A stretch of DNA of 64,000 nt, taken from a virus. This document shows, piece by piece, positions 1 through 9,495 of the stretch. Each line of letters opens with the position of its first letter. Within the stretch, counting starts at the first letter, position 1. The position numbers and the translations under genes were made by a program. The notes under the pieces are model-generated. The model made no database searches. It was not told where the DNA came from and saw only the letters and a program-made list of their open reading frames with translations. The DNA lies in IMG/VR virus record IMGVR_UViG_3300027970_000019, positions 7,713-71,712 of that record. One strand, 5' to 3'.

Positions 1-1004
1 GCATTTTGGGTAATAAAAACATATTCAGTTTCTTTGAATTCTTCCAAAGTTCTTGAGTTAGTATAAGACATTGCTGACTTTAAGTAGTCTTCAAAGTTTT
101 CAATCCATTTTTCCATTGTATATTCAACTTTGTTATACTTAACAATACCCTCTGATGTTGTTAATTTCTGTTTCCCCCACTTTTTCTGAACTTCTTTGGT
201 GCTCATACCTCTGAATTTCTTAAACATAAATCTCCTCAAAAATTTAAGGTTATCCCACATATATTTTGATGTTGATTTATTCAATGGAATTAGTTTTCCA
301 AAATAAACTGGGGAACAAGATTCAAGGGATTTATTTAAAACACCACCCAACATCACATAATCAGCACCTAGAGCCAATGCTTTGATTATGTCATCATAAT
401 TTCTGAATCCACCATCGGCAATAATCTTCGTATGGTAGTTTCTATTCTTTTTGATTTGATAACATTCTGAAATTAGGGAAGCCATTGGGTAATGTATTCC
501 GGTATTTGCTGATGTAAGACAACCAGATCCTCCACCAATACCAACTCGGACATAATCAACCCCCAATTCTGCAAACTTTTCATAGGTTGTGGGATTGGCA
601 ATATTCCCAATCATCAATTTATGATTTGTTTTGATTTCATTAACAAAATATTTGCATAAATCATATAATTTTGTCATATGACCATTGGCGATATCAACCA
701 ATATTTTGGTTTCAATGGGTTCTACTTCAAAACGTTTGTGTTTGTCAATCATTAATTCAAATTCTGTTAATGATATTGATGTAAACCCATCGTATTCATC
801 TAATCTTTCGTTTCTTGGTAAACATACTTCCATTTTCATATCTGAGAATATGGAATAGTTGTTATAATCAATAACAGTGTCCATTGGACTGACTATTATT
901 GGTAATTTGTTGTTTGAATTTTTAATATCAATCTCATTTCTTGATGAAATTGAGGAGAGGGCTTCTGGAACTAATGTAATGTCTTTAAAATCGAACTTTT
1001 GCAT
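1..1004 (-). CDS. guaC: GMP reductase (IMPDH/GMPR family), 3' end runs off window
   Basis: Manual translation from ATG at 1004: MQKFDFKDITLVP...SPMDTV...VDIANGH...RVGIGGGSGCLTSANTG...IIADGG...ALALGADYVMLGG; not in ORF track because truncated. Confidence 0.9.
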   Translation of the reverse strand, partial: MQKFDFKDITLVPEALSSISSRNEIDIKNSNNKLPIIVSPMDTVIDYNNYSIFSDMKMEVCLPRNERLDEYDGFTSISLTEFELMIDKHKRFEVEPIETKILVDIANGHMTKLYDLCKYFVNEIKTNHKLMIGNIANPTTYEKFAELGVDYVRVGIGGGSGCLTSANTGIHYPMASLISECYQIKKNRNYHTKIIADGGFRNYDDIIKALALGADYVMLGGVLNKSLESCSPVYFGKLIPLNKSTSKYMWDNLKFLRRFMFKKFRGMSTKEVQKKWGKQKLTTSEGIVKYNKVEYTMEKWIENFEDYLKSAMSYTNSRTLEEFKETEYVFITQN

Positions 1005-1056
1005 ATTAACCTTATTTTTTAAAAAGGATAATCATTAAAAATGGATAGTTCAAGTT

Positions 1057-1680
1057 CTATCCCTTGAATCGCCTCACCATTTTGGATAATAGTTCTTTGA
1101 AGATAATGCCAGATAATGTTAATCCAGTGAATCCAATGATTCTGATAGCAAATTCTTTCAAATCAAGGCTAGTTACCAATCCATCTGTAACCATTTGATA
1201 TATTAGGGGGATTAATGGTATGATGAAAGTATAACTCATCATATTTGTAATTTTATGAAAGGTCACACCCAGACCATCAACAAAATCAAGGAAAGTATTC
1301 CTTAATAAATCACTCTTTTTTAATATATTTTCAAATTGTTTGACAATTCCTTCATCTTTAATTTTGTTATAGATTTTTGTTAAGAATTTTTTATTCTCAA
1401 CAAAATAGGTTGCAATAACACCAATCAAAATAAGGTTAAGTTGTAACTCAGAAAGACTTGGGTATTTTCCTCTAACAAAATCTTCAATTGGACCCATAAA
1501 GCCACCAATACCAGCCCCCCAAGTTAACAAGAATTGAAGGTTAAGTCCTATTTGTGATTTGGCCTCCTCAATTATTTTTTTAACCCTTTCGGCATTTTGT
1601 TTAATGATACCACCTAGTTGTTCTCCAGTACTTTCTCTAAGTAGTATTCGTCTTTGACTTTCTGTTATTATAATTTTCAT
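1057..1680 (-). CDS. hypothetical membrane-associated protein
   Basis: ORF 1057..1842; likely start MKIIITESQ at 1680; hydrophobic segments. Confidence 0.6.
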   Translation of the reverse strand: MKIIITESQRRILLRESTGEQLGGIIKQNAERVKKIIEEAKSQIGLNLQFLLTWGAGIGGFMGPIEDFVRGKYPSLSELQLNLILIGVIATYFVENKKFLTKIYNKIKDEGIVKQFENILKKSDLLRNTFLDFVDGLGVTFHKITNMMSYTFIIPLIPLIYQMVTDGLVTSLDLKEFAIRIIGFTGLTLSGIIFKELLSKMVRRFKG

Positions 1681-1728
1681 AATGATAAATATTTTAATAA
1701 ATACATTATATTTATGAATAAAAAGATT

Positions 1729-2286
1729 ATGAACGCATATTTTTTCAAAATGAATCAAGCAGAAAAGAATGATATTCTTGACCAACATAGACAAGTGTAT
1801 GATGGTTATGTAACAACATATGGTCAACAGATAAATCAACAACCATTATATGTACAAGATTTCGCTAATGACAAGGTTGGCTTGGTTGTTAATAATAAGG
1901 GTGTTGTTAAGCCATATTCTAATATGAGAATAAATGAAATGAGACATGATGGTATGGATATCGGATTGTTTTCTGACGAGGAAGACATTTATATGACACC
2001 AACAGACGAAGATTTTGATGGATTGGATATGATTGGTGACGGTCCCAATGATTTGGAATATGGTACAATGGGTGATTCATCTGAAGAAGATGAGACATAT
2101 TTAAAGGATATTGATGAAGAAGAATATTCTGAAGAAGATGAGACATATTTAAAGGATATTGATGATGAAGAATATTCTGAAGATTATGAGACATATTTAA
2201 ATGATGTTGATGAAGATATGATTGAACCACTTCAAGAACAAGTAAATAAAACTTTGGATATGTTTAAACGATTTAAAAGATACTAA
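1729..2286 (+). CDS. acidic hypothetical protein with internal repeat
   Basis: ORF track; TATTTAT motif at 1709; repeats of SEEDETYLKDIDEEEY. Confidence 0.65.
   Translation: MNAYFFKMNQAEKNDILDQHRQVYDGYVTTYGQQINQQPLYVQDFANDKVGLVVNNKGVVKPYSNMRINEMRHDGMDIGLFSDEEDIYMTPTDEDFDGLDMIGDGPNDLEYGTMGDSSEEDETYLKDIDEEEYSEEDETYLKDIDDEEYSEDYETYLNDVDEDMIEPLQEQVNKTLDMFKRFKRY
2080..2215 (+). repeat. 48-bp in-frame tandem repeat (~2.8 copies)
   Basis: tctgaagaagatgagacatatttaaaggatattgatgaagaagaatat repeated. Confidence 0.85.
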
Positions 2287-2287
2287 A

Positions 2288-2581
2288 ATGGAAATTATTG
2301 AGATTATTACATTTCATATTAACAAATTGGAGGAAGTTTTGGAGGTTTCGTTTAGAACAAACTCTGATAGTGACGAAGAATGTCGAGAAGGAAAAATACC
2401 GTTTATTGAAATTGACGATTTCGGATATACGTTTCACACAGAAATAGACGAATTTAGTTCTTCCGATGAATATGATGACATTGACGATGACTTATTTGTT
2501 GATGAGAATGAAATTCAATCATTTTTGAATGAATACTATGTATTATTTATGGATAAATTACCAAAACCAGAATTATTCTAA
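2288..2581 (+). CDS. acidic hypothetical protein
   Basis: ORF track, operon-like packing. Confidence 0.65.
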   Translation: MEIIEIITFHINKLEEVLEVSFRTNSDSDEECREGKIPFIEIDDFGYTFHTEIDEFSSSDEYDDIDDDLFVDENEIQSFLNEYYVLFMDKLPKPELF

Positions 2582-2841
2582 TGGGAGTACACGAAATTGA
2601 CAAAATTATTAATACGATGAGAAAATATACCACCAATGTCCATACCGATAGTAAAGAAACTGATGATGGTGAATTGGATGAACAGGAAGCTGCGGCTAGT
2701 GGTAGTGGAGATAAACCAGCTTATCCAACAGTGACAAAATGGGAGTCTGGTGCGACTAGAGGACCTGCAAATCAAATCGGATTAACAAAATGGAGAGATA
2801 TTGTTAAAGTTACTAGAGGTAAAGCTAATACTTTATTGTAG
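2581..2841 (+). CDS. hypothetical protein
   Basis: ORF track, TAATG coupling. Confidence 0.65.
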   Translation: MGVHEIDKIINTMRKYTTNVHTDSKETDDGELDEQEAAASGSGDKPAYPTVTKWESGATRGPANQIGLTKWRDIVKVTRGKANTLL

Positions 2842-2870
2842 TATGATATATTTATATTTAAATAAAAAAA

Positions 2871-4301
2871 ATGATAACTAAAGGTTTTGCAATTTCTGAA
2901 AATTTTAATTATATTTTTACACCTAAAGGAGTTGTTAAAGTTTCCAACGAAGAAAATAATCCTAGGTTCAAAAAAATAATACCATATACTATGGATAACA
3001 TAGATATAGCTTTTAATATTTTAAAAGAAAATTTATTATGCAAATATCAAAATAAAAAAATGGACTTGGTTGAGTATTCAAATTATCCTAGGAAAGTTTT
3101 ATATAAAATGGTAGAAATATTCAAACCTAGTAATAATTTGAGTATAATAAGTGAGTGGGAAAAAAAATATGGTAACAAACTATTATTAATTAATGAATCT
3201 ACAGATAAATCAATTATCTTAGAAAGAGTAAATAATTCAATAAACCATATAAAAACAATTGTTGAACAATGGTATAATCCATTTTCAAAGGATTTTGTTG
3301 TAGCTCAAGCAGCAAGAAATGTTAAAGATGCTGCAGTAAGTGCTGGGAAATGGGTTGTAGACCAAGGTAAACAAATTGGTGAAAAAGGTTTATTAAATTA
3401 TGTTGGAGAAAAGGCAAAATCGGCTTGGAATTATATTAGTAATGGCATAGCATCCGCTTGGAATTGTGTTACTTCAGGTGTTGAGTGCATTATGGAAGGT
3501 ATTCGTTCTATGCTATTTAGTGCAGTTGGAGTAGGAATTATGGCTGGGTTTTCTACTTTGATACCAGTTGTTGGTCAAATTGCAAATGCTGTTTTATATG
3601 GAGCTCTATTGATTTGGGATATATACAAAATGTTAAGTGGAAAATACGAAAGTGGAAAATACCAATGGAGTTATCTTGATATTTTTATGGATATAATAGC
3701 AATGATTCCTAGTATGCAACTGATAGCAAAATCAGCTAGAACAGTTTTTGCTGGGGCACGGTCGTTTTTAGATATTGGTAAGATTGCTGCGAAACAAGGA
3801 GGCGTATTTGCTGGAATGGTAAACGCCATAAGAGGTGGTATTAATACAGTAATAGGTTTAATAGCTCAAGCTGCATCATTTTTTGGTAATACATTAGGTA
3901 TCAAATGGTTGGCTGATTGGGGAGGTAAAACTACCGCTAAGGTTAAACAATTCGTTGATGATTTAGCAGCTGGAGCTAAGGGAGGTACTCAGACAACAAC
4001 ATCAATAGTTAAAAATTTAAAACAAAAATTAAAACAAATATGGGCTAAAGAATTAACACAAAAAGGAGGAACTTTAGGTCAAGCGGGAAAAACAACATTG
4101 TCAGCTGCAGTAAAACACGCTTTATTTTGTGCTGCTATGGGGGTTGATAATCCTATAACTTGTCGTGAAAAAGAACAAGCAAATGAATTTACAGCCGAAC
4201 AAAAAGCTAACGCTAAAGTTGAGGTTGATAAAGCGATGGCTGAAATGGCAAAAGAGATGGGGGGTAGCTTAGATAATGTTGAATTAACTGGTGAATTATA
4301 A
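2871..4301 (+). CDS. putative virion/ejection protein, Gly/Ala-rich amphipathic
   Basis: 476 aa ORF, TATTTAT upstream, hydrophobic helices. Confidence 0.55.
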   Translation: MITKGFAISENFNYIFTPKGVVKVSNEENNPRFKKIIPYTMDNIDIAFNILKENLLCKYQNKKMDLVEYSNYPRKVLYKMVEIFKPSNNLSIISEWEKKYGNKLLLINESTDKSIILERVNNSINHIKTIVEQWYNPFSKDFVVAQAARNVKDAAVSAGKWVVDQGKQIGEKGLLNYVGEKAKSAWNYISNGIASAWNCVTSGVECIMEGIRSMLFSAVGVGIMAGFSTLIPVVGQIANAVLYGALLIWDIYKMLSGKYESGKYQWSYLDIFMDIIAMIPSMQLIAKSARTVFAGARSFLDIGKIAAKQGGVFAGMVNAIRGGINTVIGLIAQAASFFGNTLGIKWLADWGGKTTAKVKQFVDDLAAGAKGGTQTTTSIVKNLKQKLKQIWAKELTQKGGTLGQAGKTTLSAAVKHALFCAAMGVDNPITCREKEQANEFTAEQKANAKVEVDKAMAEMAKEMGGSLDNVELTGEL

Positions 4302-4316
4302 AATATAAAAAATATT

Positions 4317-5702
4317 ATGGAAAAAAAATTAATATCAGAAGAAATTGCGAGATTTAAACTTTTAAGTAATTACAATTCTAATTTAACTTTAACGGAAAAT
4401 GAATCAAAGTTAGAGATAAATGAATTTGCTGAATTAGGGGAACAAACAAAAAAACAATTTTTGAAGATTTTCAACGTCGGTTTAAATAAAGCTGATGATG
4501 TCGCATTTTCAAATAGTGGAAAAAACTATGCAGATTTTATTAAAGGTGCAAGAAACGCTGAATATCAAGCTGCAAAAAATTTGTTAGATAAAGTAACTAG
4601 TAAGGTAGGCGGAATCACACTCAAAGGTGGGGGTGTTGCGAGCTCAACTGATGAGATTTTAAACGCTCTTAAAGCTGGAACTATAACGGCAAATGGTTTG
4701 AGTAATTTAGCCAAAGGTTTACTAAAATCAGGTTCGTTTCCTTCCGGTAGTCCAATCAGAACCGCTCTAGTTGATAAAGCGGCTACTTTAAGTATAAAAA
4801 CCGCACAATTTGCTGATGAGTTATCAGAAAAAGCTATTGCTAAGATATTAAAGGGTAAAGGTTACGCTGATGATGTAGCGGATGATATTGCGGTTCGTAT
4901 TAAGTCAAAACAAGGTGGAAGTCCTCGTCCTGGCCCTGGCCCTGTTCCAACACCTCCACCACCACCTCCACCACCAAAACCTTGGGTACAGAGATTATGG
5001 GCCAACAAAACCTTTAGATATGCCTCAATTGCTGCAGCTGGTGCGGGAGGATTAGCACTATTACAATGGTGGTTTTCAGATGGACATAAAGATCCTGAAA
5101 TTGAATGGGTTCCCGATTGTTTAAAGGTTATTTATGCTAAAGGTTCTAAAGGATTAACAGAAGACGATTTAAAAACTCTTTCAGAAAAAGGTAATCCTAA
5201 TATGTTACCAATGGCAAATCCAAATACAGTTGATTCAAATGGAGAACATGTCCCATTTCCTGACTCAGTATTCAATAAAGATCGTAGTTTTGTTTCATCA
5301 AAAGGGAAAGGAAATTGGTTGGTACAAGGTGATAAAATAATAATAAACCAAGATGGTAATGTTTATTTTATTGATTGTAGTTTGACTATTAATGTTACAC
5401 CTAAACCAGTACCTCCAGTACCACCAGTTAGTGGATGTAAACCATGTAGTGGATTCCCTCAAGGATATTATTGTAGAAGTTCTGAAATTGAAGAAATTCA
5501 AGGTTGTGTTGGTGCTTCAGTAGATGGTTGTTTAGGCCCTGAAACAGCTCGTAAGACTGGTGAGTTCTTAGGTACTAGTCCAGTTAAAACAATAACTAAA
5601 GATATTTATGATCAGGTTAAGGCTAAATGTGGAAAATCAACAACAACAACAACAACTTCAATTACTTCTGGTGGTGATACATCAGTCATTGATAATATGT
5701 AA
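4317..5702 (+). CDS. putative virion protein, Pro-rich linkers, Cys-rich C-terminus
   Basis: 461 aa; N-terminal ISEEIARFKLL motif; C-terminus resembles peptidoglycan-binding DG.xGP.T motif. Confidence 0.55.
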   Translation: MEKKLISEEIARFKLLSNYNSNLTLTENESKLEINEFAELGEQTKKQFLKIFNVGLNKADDVAFSNSGKNYADFIKGARNAEYQAAKNLLDKVTSKVGGITLKGGGVASSTDEILNALKAGTITANGLSNLAKGLLKSGSFPSGSPIRTALVDKAATLSIKTAQFADELSEKAIAKILKGKGYADDVADDIAVRIKSKQGGSPRPGPGPVPTPPPPPPPPKPWVQRLWANKTFRYASIAAAGAGGLALLQWWFSDGHKDPEIEWVPDCLKVIYAKGSKGLTEDDLKTLSEKGNPNMLPMANPNTVDSNGEHVPFPDSVFNKDRSFVSSKGKGNWLVQGDKIIINQDGNVYFIDCSLTINVTPKPVPPVPPVSGCKPCSGFPQGYYCRSSEIEEIQGCVGASVDGCLGPETARKTGEFLGTSPVKTITKDIYDQVKAKCGKSTTTTTTSITSGGDTSVIDNM

Positions 5703-5729
5703 AATAAAAAAATAGATAAATAATTAATT

Positions 5730-7550
5730 ATGAAAATATTAAAAGAATCTAATGAGACTTTGGGGTTTGGGGATCCGTTATTGGCTGCGGCGTATGATAA
5801 TAATTGTTTCCGTGATTTCCCAGCTAGTACCGTTGACTACGATGGAAAAAAAGCTTTAACTAGACCATCCAGAGATGGACTTTCAACCCTTTATCTTGTA
5901 TCCGCAGGTTTTGGTGAACAAGTCGGTAACTCCGTTTATTATACATTATATGTTGTTAATAATGAAACAAAAAAGGTTACGTTAACAAAAAATAAATTAA
6001 CTTGTCAAGGAACTGTTAATACTTTCTATGACCCTTTGAACTTATCCGGTACAAGGAAAACAGCGTACGAGACTTTAATTCATAACGATAATAATTTTGT
6101 AACCTGGAAAGATATTAATGATAAGAAACTTAATTTGTCTAATTATACCTTAGTTGATATTGGTACAGACCCTGATGCCCAAAAACTCGTTCCTGCTACT
6201 ACATATCCACAATTATTAACGGGGCAAAAACTTACATTATGGAAATTTAAGGGTTTGACGCAAGCGGCTAGAAATCTGTCTGAGGATCAAACCAATATTA
6301 TAAATTACTTAAAAAAACCGCCGTTTAATTTTGTTGATTTTAGTGAAGGGGATGCAACTAAAATGAACGAATACGATAAATTTAATCTAAGAGATTTCAA
6401 TAGCTACCCTAGAGAATTAAGTAACTATAATTATAGTTCTTATTTTAAGACTGACTATTTCATGCTTCGTCCTAAAAATACAACAATAGGTGGTTCTGAC
6501 CCATCACTAAATCAAAAATTATTCAAAGAGAATAATACTATTCAATCTTGTGTGGATCAAATTGTAACTTACAGTGAGGCTTATACTGACGCACTAACTA
6601 ATAAAAGTAACGCAAGTCCAGATGCTGAAGATAAGGATAAGTCATTACAGTGTATTAAAAATTATGGCTTAGAGGGATTTAAAAAAGCAATGCAAAAAGG
6701 TATTATTAGTAAAAATCGTACTTATACTGAATTTGAAGCCAAAATAATAGACCCACTTTTTGCCGCATCACCAGTTCACTTAGCGGCTTGGAAACTTGGT
6801 AAGAACAAAGAACAGTATAGGCAAGCTAAAACATATATTGTTAATCCAAACCGAGTAAAGGAAGATGTTTTATTAAAAAATATAATATCTGAAAATTTAA
6901 ACAAATTAAAACGAAACAAACAAGAGTCGTTAAGTGAAGAAATGATAATCAAAAAACACCTACATATTTTAACTGAAGGTAGATACATTAAAAAAAAAAG
7001 TGAATTAAATAATTTATTTGGTGATCTTCTGAATGAGGTTGTTTATCTTAATTCAAAAGGATATGATGAAAAAATTATTTCAGAAGAAGTGTTAAACAGC
7101 CTTGCAGGTCTATTCGGTGGGACTATTTTCGGCGGGGCTTATAGCTACTTCAAAGAGTATATTATGAAATGGGTTGTTGAGAAATTAGGGATAGATTCTA
7201 AAGGATGGTTAGGTAATATAATTATTGTCGGTTTAGGTAATTTAAAAATTGGTGATTTATTGACAATTTGGAAATGTGATAAATTTGTGTCATTTATGGG
7301 TGGAACAATAAGTGAGGCTATAATTAGAAAATACACATCAAGTAAAAATATGGAAGGACCACTTGAGGGTGTGTTAAGGAATTCAATCACTAAAATGTTG
7401 GCTAGTACTCATTTTATTAAAGCAATTGAGGAGGGGTTAGAAAACGCCATATGTCCAATGTTGTCTGACTTGGGTTCTAAAATTGATGAGGTTTCAACCT
7501 CATTAGCTAATAAAGAACCAAGGGAAACTCCAAGTGAAACTAATACATAA
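5730..7550 (+). CDS. putative virion protein
   Basis: 606 aa ORF with several (I/L)xE motifs. Confidence 0.55.
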   Translation: MKILKESNETLGFGDPLLAAAYDNNCFRDFPASTVDYDGKKALTRPSRDGLSTLYLVSAGFGEQVGNSVYYTLYVVNNETKKVTLTKNKLTCQGTVNTFYDPLNLSGTRKTAYETLIHNDNNFVTWKDINDKKLNLSNYTLVDIGTDPDAQKLVPATTYPQLLTGQKLTLWKFKGLTQAARNLSEDQTNIINYLKKPPFNFVDFSEGDATKMNEYDKFNLRDFNSYPRELSNYNYSSYFKTDYFMLRPKNTTIGGSDPSLNQKLFKENNTIQSCVDQIVTYSEAYTDALTNKSNASPDAEDKDKSLQCIKNYGLEGFKKAMQKGIISKNRTYTEFEAKIIDPLFAASPVHLAAWKLGKNKEQYRQAKTYIVNPNRVKEDVLLKNIISENLNKLKRNKQESLSEEMIIKKHLHILTEGRYIKKKSELNNLFGDLLNEVVYLNSKGYDEKIISEEVLNSLAGLFGGTIFGGAYSYFKEYIMKWVVEKLGIDSKGWLGNIIIVGLGNLKIGDLLTIWKCDKFVSFMGGTISEAIIRKYTSSKNMEGPLEGVLRNSITKMLASTHFIKAIEEGLENAICPMLSDLGSKIDEVSTSLANKEPRETPSETNT

Positions 7551-7627
7551 TTCATTAAAGATACCTGTGAGGTAGGACTTACATGGGATAAACTCAACTA
7601 AAAGAAAGGGAGGTATCCAACATCTAC

Positions 7628-7653
7628 CAAAAGGACGTTTTTACGTCCTTTTG
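7628..7653. terminator. bidirectional intrinsic terminator
   Basis: caaaaggacg-ttttta-cgtccttttg between convergent genes. Confidence 0.8.
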
Positions 7654-7656
7654 TGT

Positions 7657-8148
7657 TTAATAGAATGTCGTTTTGAAATCTTCCCACATATCACCAACAG
7701 AAGAATTAATTATCTCTGAGAATATATTTGGTTCATAGGGAAGAATATTCATTTTCATATTTGCTTGTTCTGGTGTTCTATCATCTTTTAATCTGTTACA
7801 AGGAGAACAACAAGTTATTAGATTCATCCAAGTATTCTGACCACCCTTTGATTTTGGGATGATGTGGTCAATTGTTAAATTCTTTTTACTGCCACAATAT
7901 GTACATTCGTGGCCATCTCTTCTGTATAATCTGTGTCTGTTAATCTTCAATTTATTAACTCTGAACTTAACAAAGTTGAATAAACGGATGATTAAGGGAC
8001 GAACAAATTCTTTGACTCCAGTACATAAGGGGGTTTTGCTTGCCTTCAAGATTTCAGCCTTTCCTTTGTTAACCAAGGTAAATCCTTTATATACAGTGGT
8101 GACATTTATTGGGGTGAAATCAGCATTTAATACTAATACTTTTTCCAT
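7657..8148 (-). CDS. HNH endonuclease (McrA-like)
   Basis: VLVLNA start, RDGHECTYCG...TIDHIIPKSKGG...WMNLITCCSPCN. Confidence 0.9.
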   Translation of the reverse strand: MEKVLVLNADFTPINVTTVYKGFTLVNKGKAEILKASKTPLCTGVKEFVRPLIIRLFNFVKFRVNKLKINRHRLYRRDGHECTYCGSKKNLTIDHIIPKSKGGQNTWMNLITCCSPCNRLKDDRTPEQANMKMNILPYEPNIFSEIINSSVGDMWEDFKTTFY

Positions 8149-8203
8149 ACTATTTATTTTATATACAATATAAATATTTAACAATCACTATGTCAAATTT
8201 TTT

Positions 8204-8881
8204 ATGAAAATAAAAATAGTTTATTTTGCCTATCTTAAACCTGGTATTTGGGAACCAATTTTTTTAGAACAATTATCACAATTAAAAAATTGTGGATTAT
8301 ATGATTTAGCAGATAATGTATACATTAGTTTAAGTTGTAATACTGATGACTTAAAACGAGCTAAACAATTAATTTGGGCAAAATTCAAAAAGGTTCAAAT
8401 TATAAATTTATTTTCTGATAATTTATATGAATATCCGGGAATAAAAGCAGTGTACGATGTATCATTAGGGGAAGACTCAGTAATTCTATATTTTCATACT
8501 AAAGGAATGACATCGGGTGAAAAAAATAATGGTAATCACACTCTTCGTAAAATATTATTCAAAAATGTTATTGAAAACTTTAATTTATATCTAGACGAAT
8601 TCAAAAAAAACGACTCATTAGATGTTGGAACTATCTTGCCTAGTGAGTTTGGTTTTGCATGGTATAATTTTTTTTGGGTTAGGAGTGGATATGTACAAAA
8701 ATATTGTATACCTCCAGAATTTACCTCTCATAGGTATTATTGGGAAAGATGGTTGGGTAACGAACATTCAACAAAAAAAAATATTGTAACTTATAGTCCT
8801 TTTCTTGGATACAATAAACTAAAAAATAGAGTGGATTTAAACAATAAAAGATCCATCATTTTTAAACAAACTAAATTATGA
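8204..8881 (+). CDS. putative glycosyltransferase-associated protein
   Basis: YEYPGI...ILYFHTKG...NFFWVRS motifs; next to GTs. Confidence 0.5.
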   Translation: MKIKIVYFAYLKPGIWEPIFLEQLSQLKNCGLYDLADNVYISLSCNTDDLKRAKQLIWAKFKKVQIINLFSDNLYEYPGIKAVYDVSLGEDSVILYFHTKGMTSGEKNNGNHTLRKILFKNVIENFNLYLDEFKKNDSLDVGTILPSEFGFAWYNFFWVRSGYVQKYCIPPEFTSHRYYWERWLGNEHSTKKNIVTYSPFLGYNKLKNRVDLNNKRSIIFKQTKL

Positions 8882-9489
8882 ACCATATAATTGTAACTAG
8901 ATGTTATTTTACTGATGAAGAAAAATTCAACTCATATTTTGAGGTGATGAAACAAACTTTTATTCCAGCAATAAATAATCAAACAAATAAGAATTTTAAA
9001 CTAGCCTTAATTTCCAAACCACATCATTTTTCATTAATTAAAGAAAAATTAAATACAAATATTGATGTTTTGAGATTTGAAAGCACAAAAGAAGATTACA
9101 AAAAATATGTTATTGATAATAACATAACTTTACAAACTAGGCACGATTGTGATGATATCATGGTAGAAAATTATATTGAGTATATCCAAAATTTATACCA
9201 AAGAAATAGTAACCTATATGATAATTTTATTATCACCTTTCAACCAACAAAATATGAATTAAACACAAAAAAGGAATATAAACATAGTAGAGATTACTCA
9301 AAAGTTTGTTCAATGTTTTCAACATTAATTCAAAAAAAAGTCAATTCAGGTATTTTTGATGTTGTTCACGATAGATTAAAAACTATAAGTAATAACATCA
9401 TATATGTTAAAGAAACTTATGTTAAGTTGGTTATTCATGGAAATAACACACTATCCAAATTAAATCCAAATGACGTTTTAATTAAATAA
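8878..9489 (+). CDS. putative glycosyltransferase (rhamnosyltransferase-like)
   Basis: HIIVTR...P.I.NQTNKNF...TRHDCDD (DxDD). Confidence 0.7.
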   Translation: MNHIIVTRCYFTDEEKFNSYFEVMKQTFIPAINNQTNKNFKLALISKPHHFSLIKEKLNTNIDVLRFESTKEDYKKYVIDNNITLQTRHDCDDIMVENYIEYIQNLYQRNSNLYDNFIITFQPTKYELNTKKEYKHSRDYSKVCSMFSTLIQKKVNSGIFDVVHDRLKTISNNIIYVKETYVKLVIHGNNTLSKLNPNDVLIK

Positions 9490-9495
9490 TTTATT

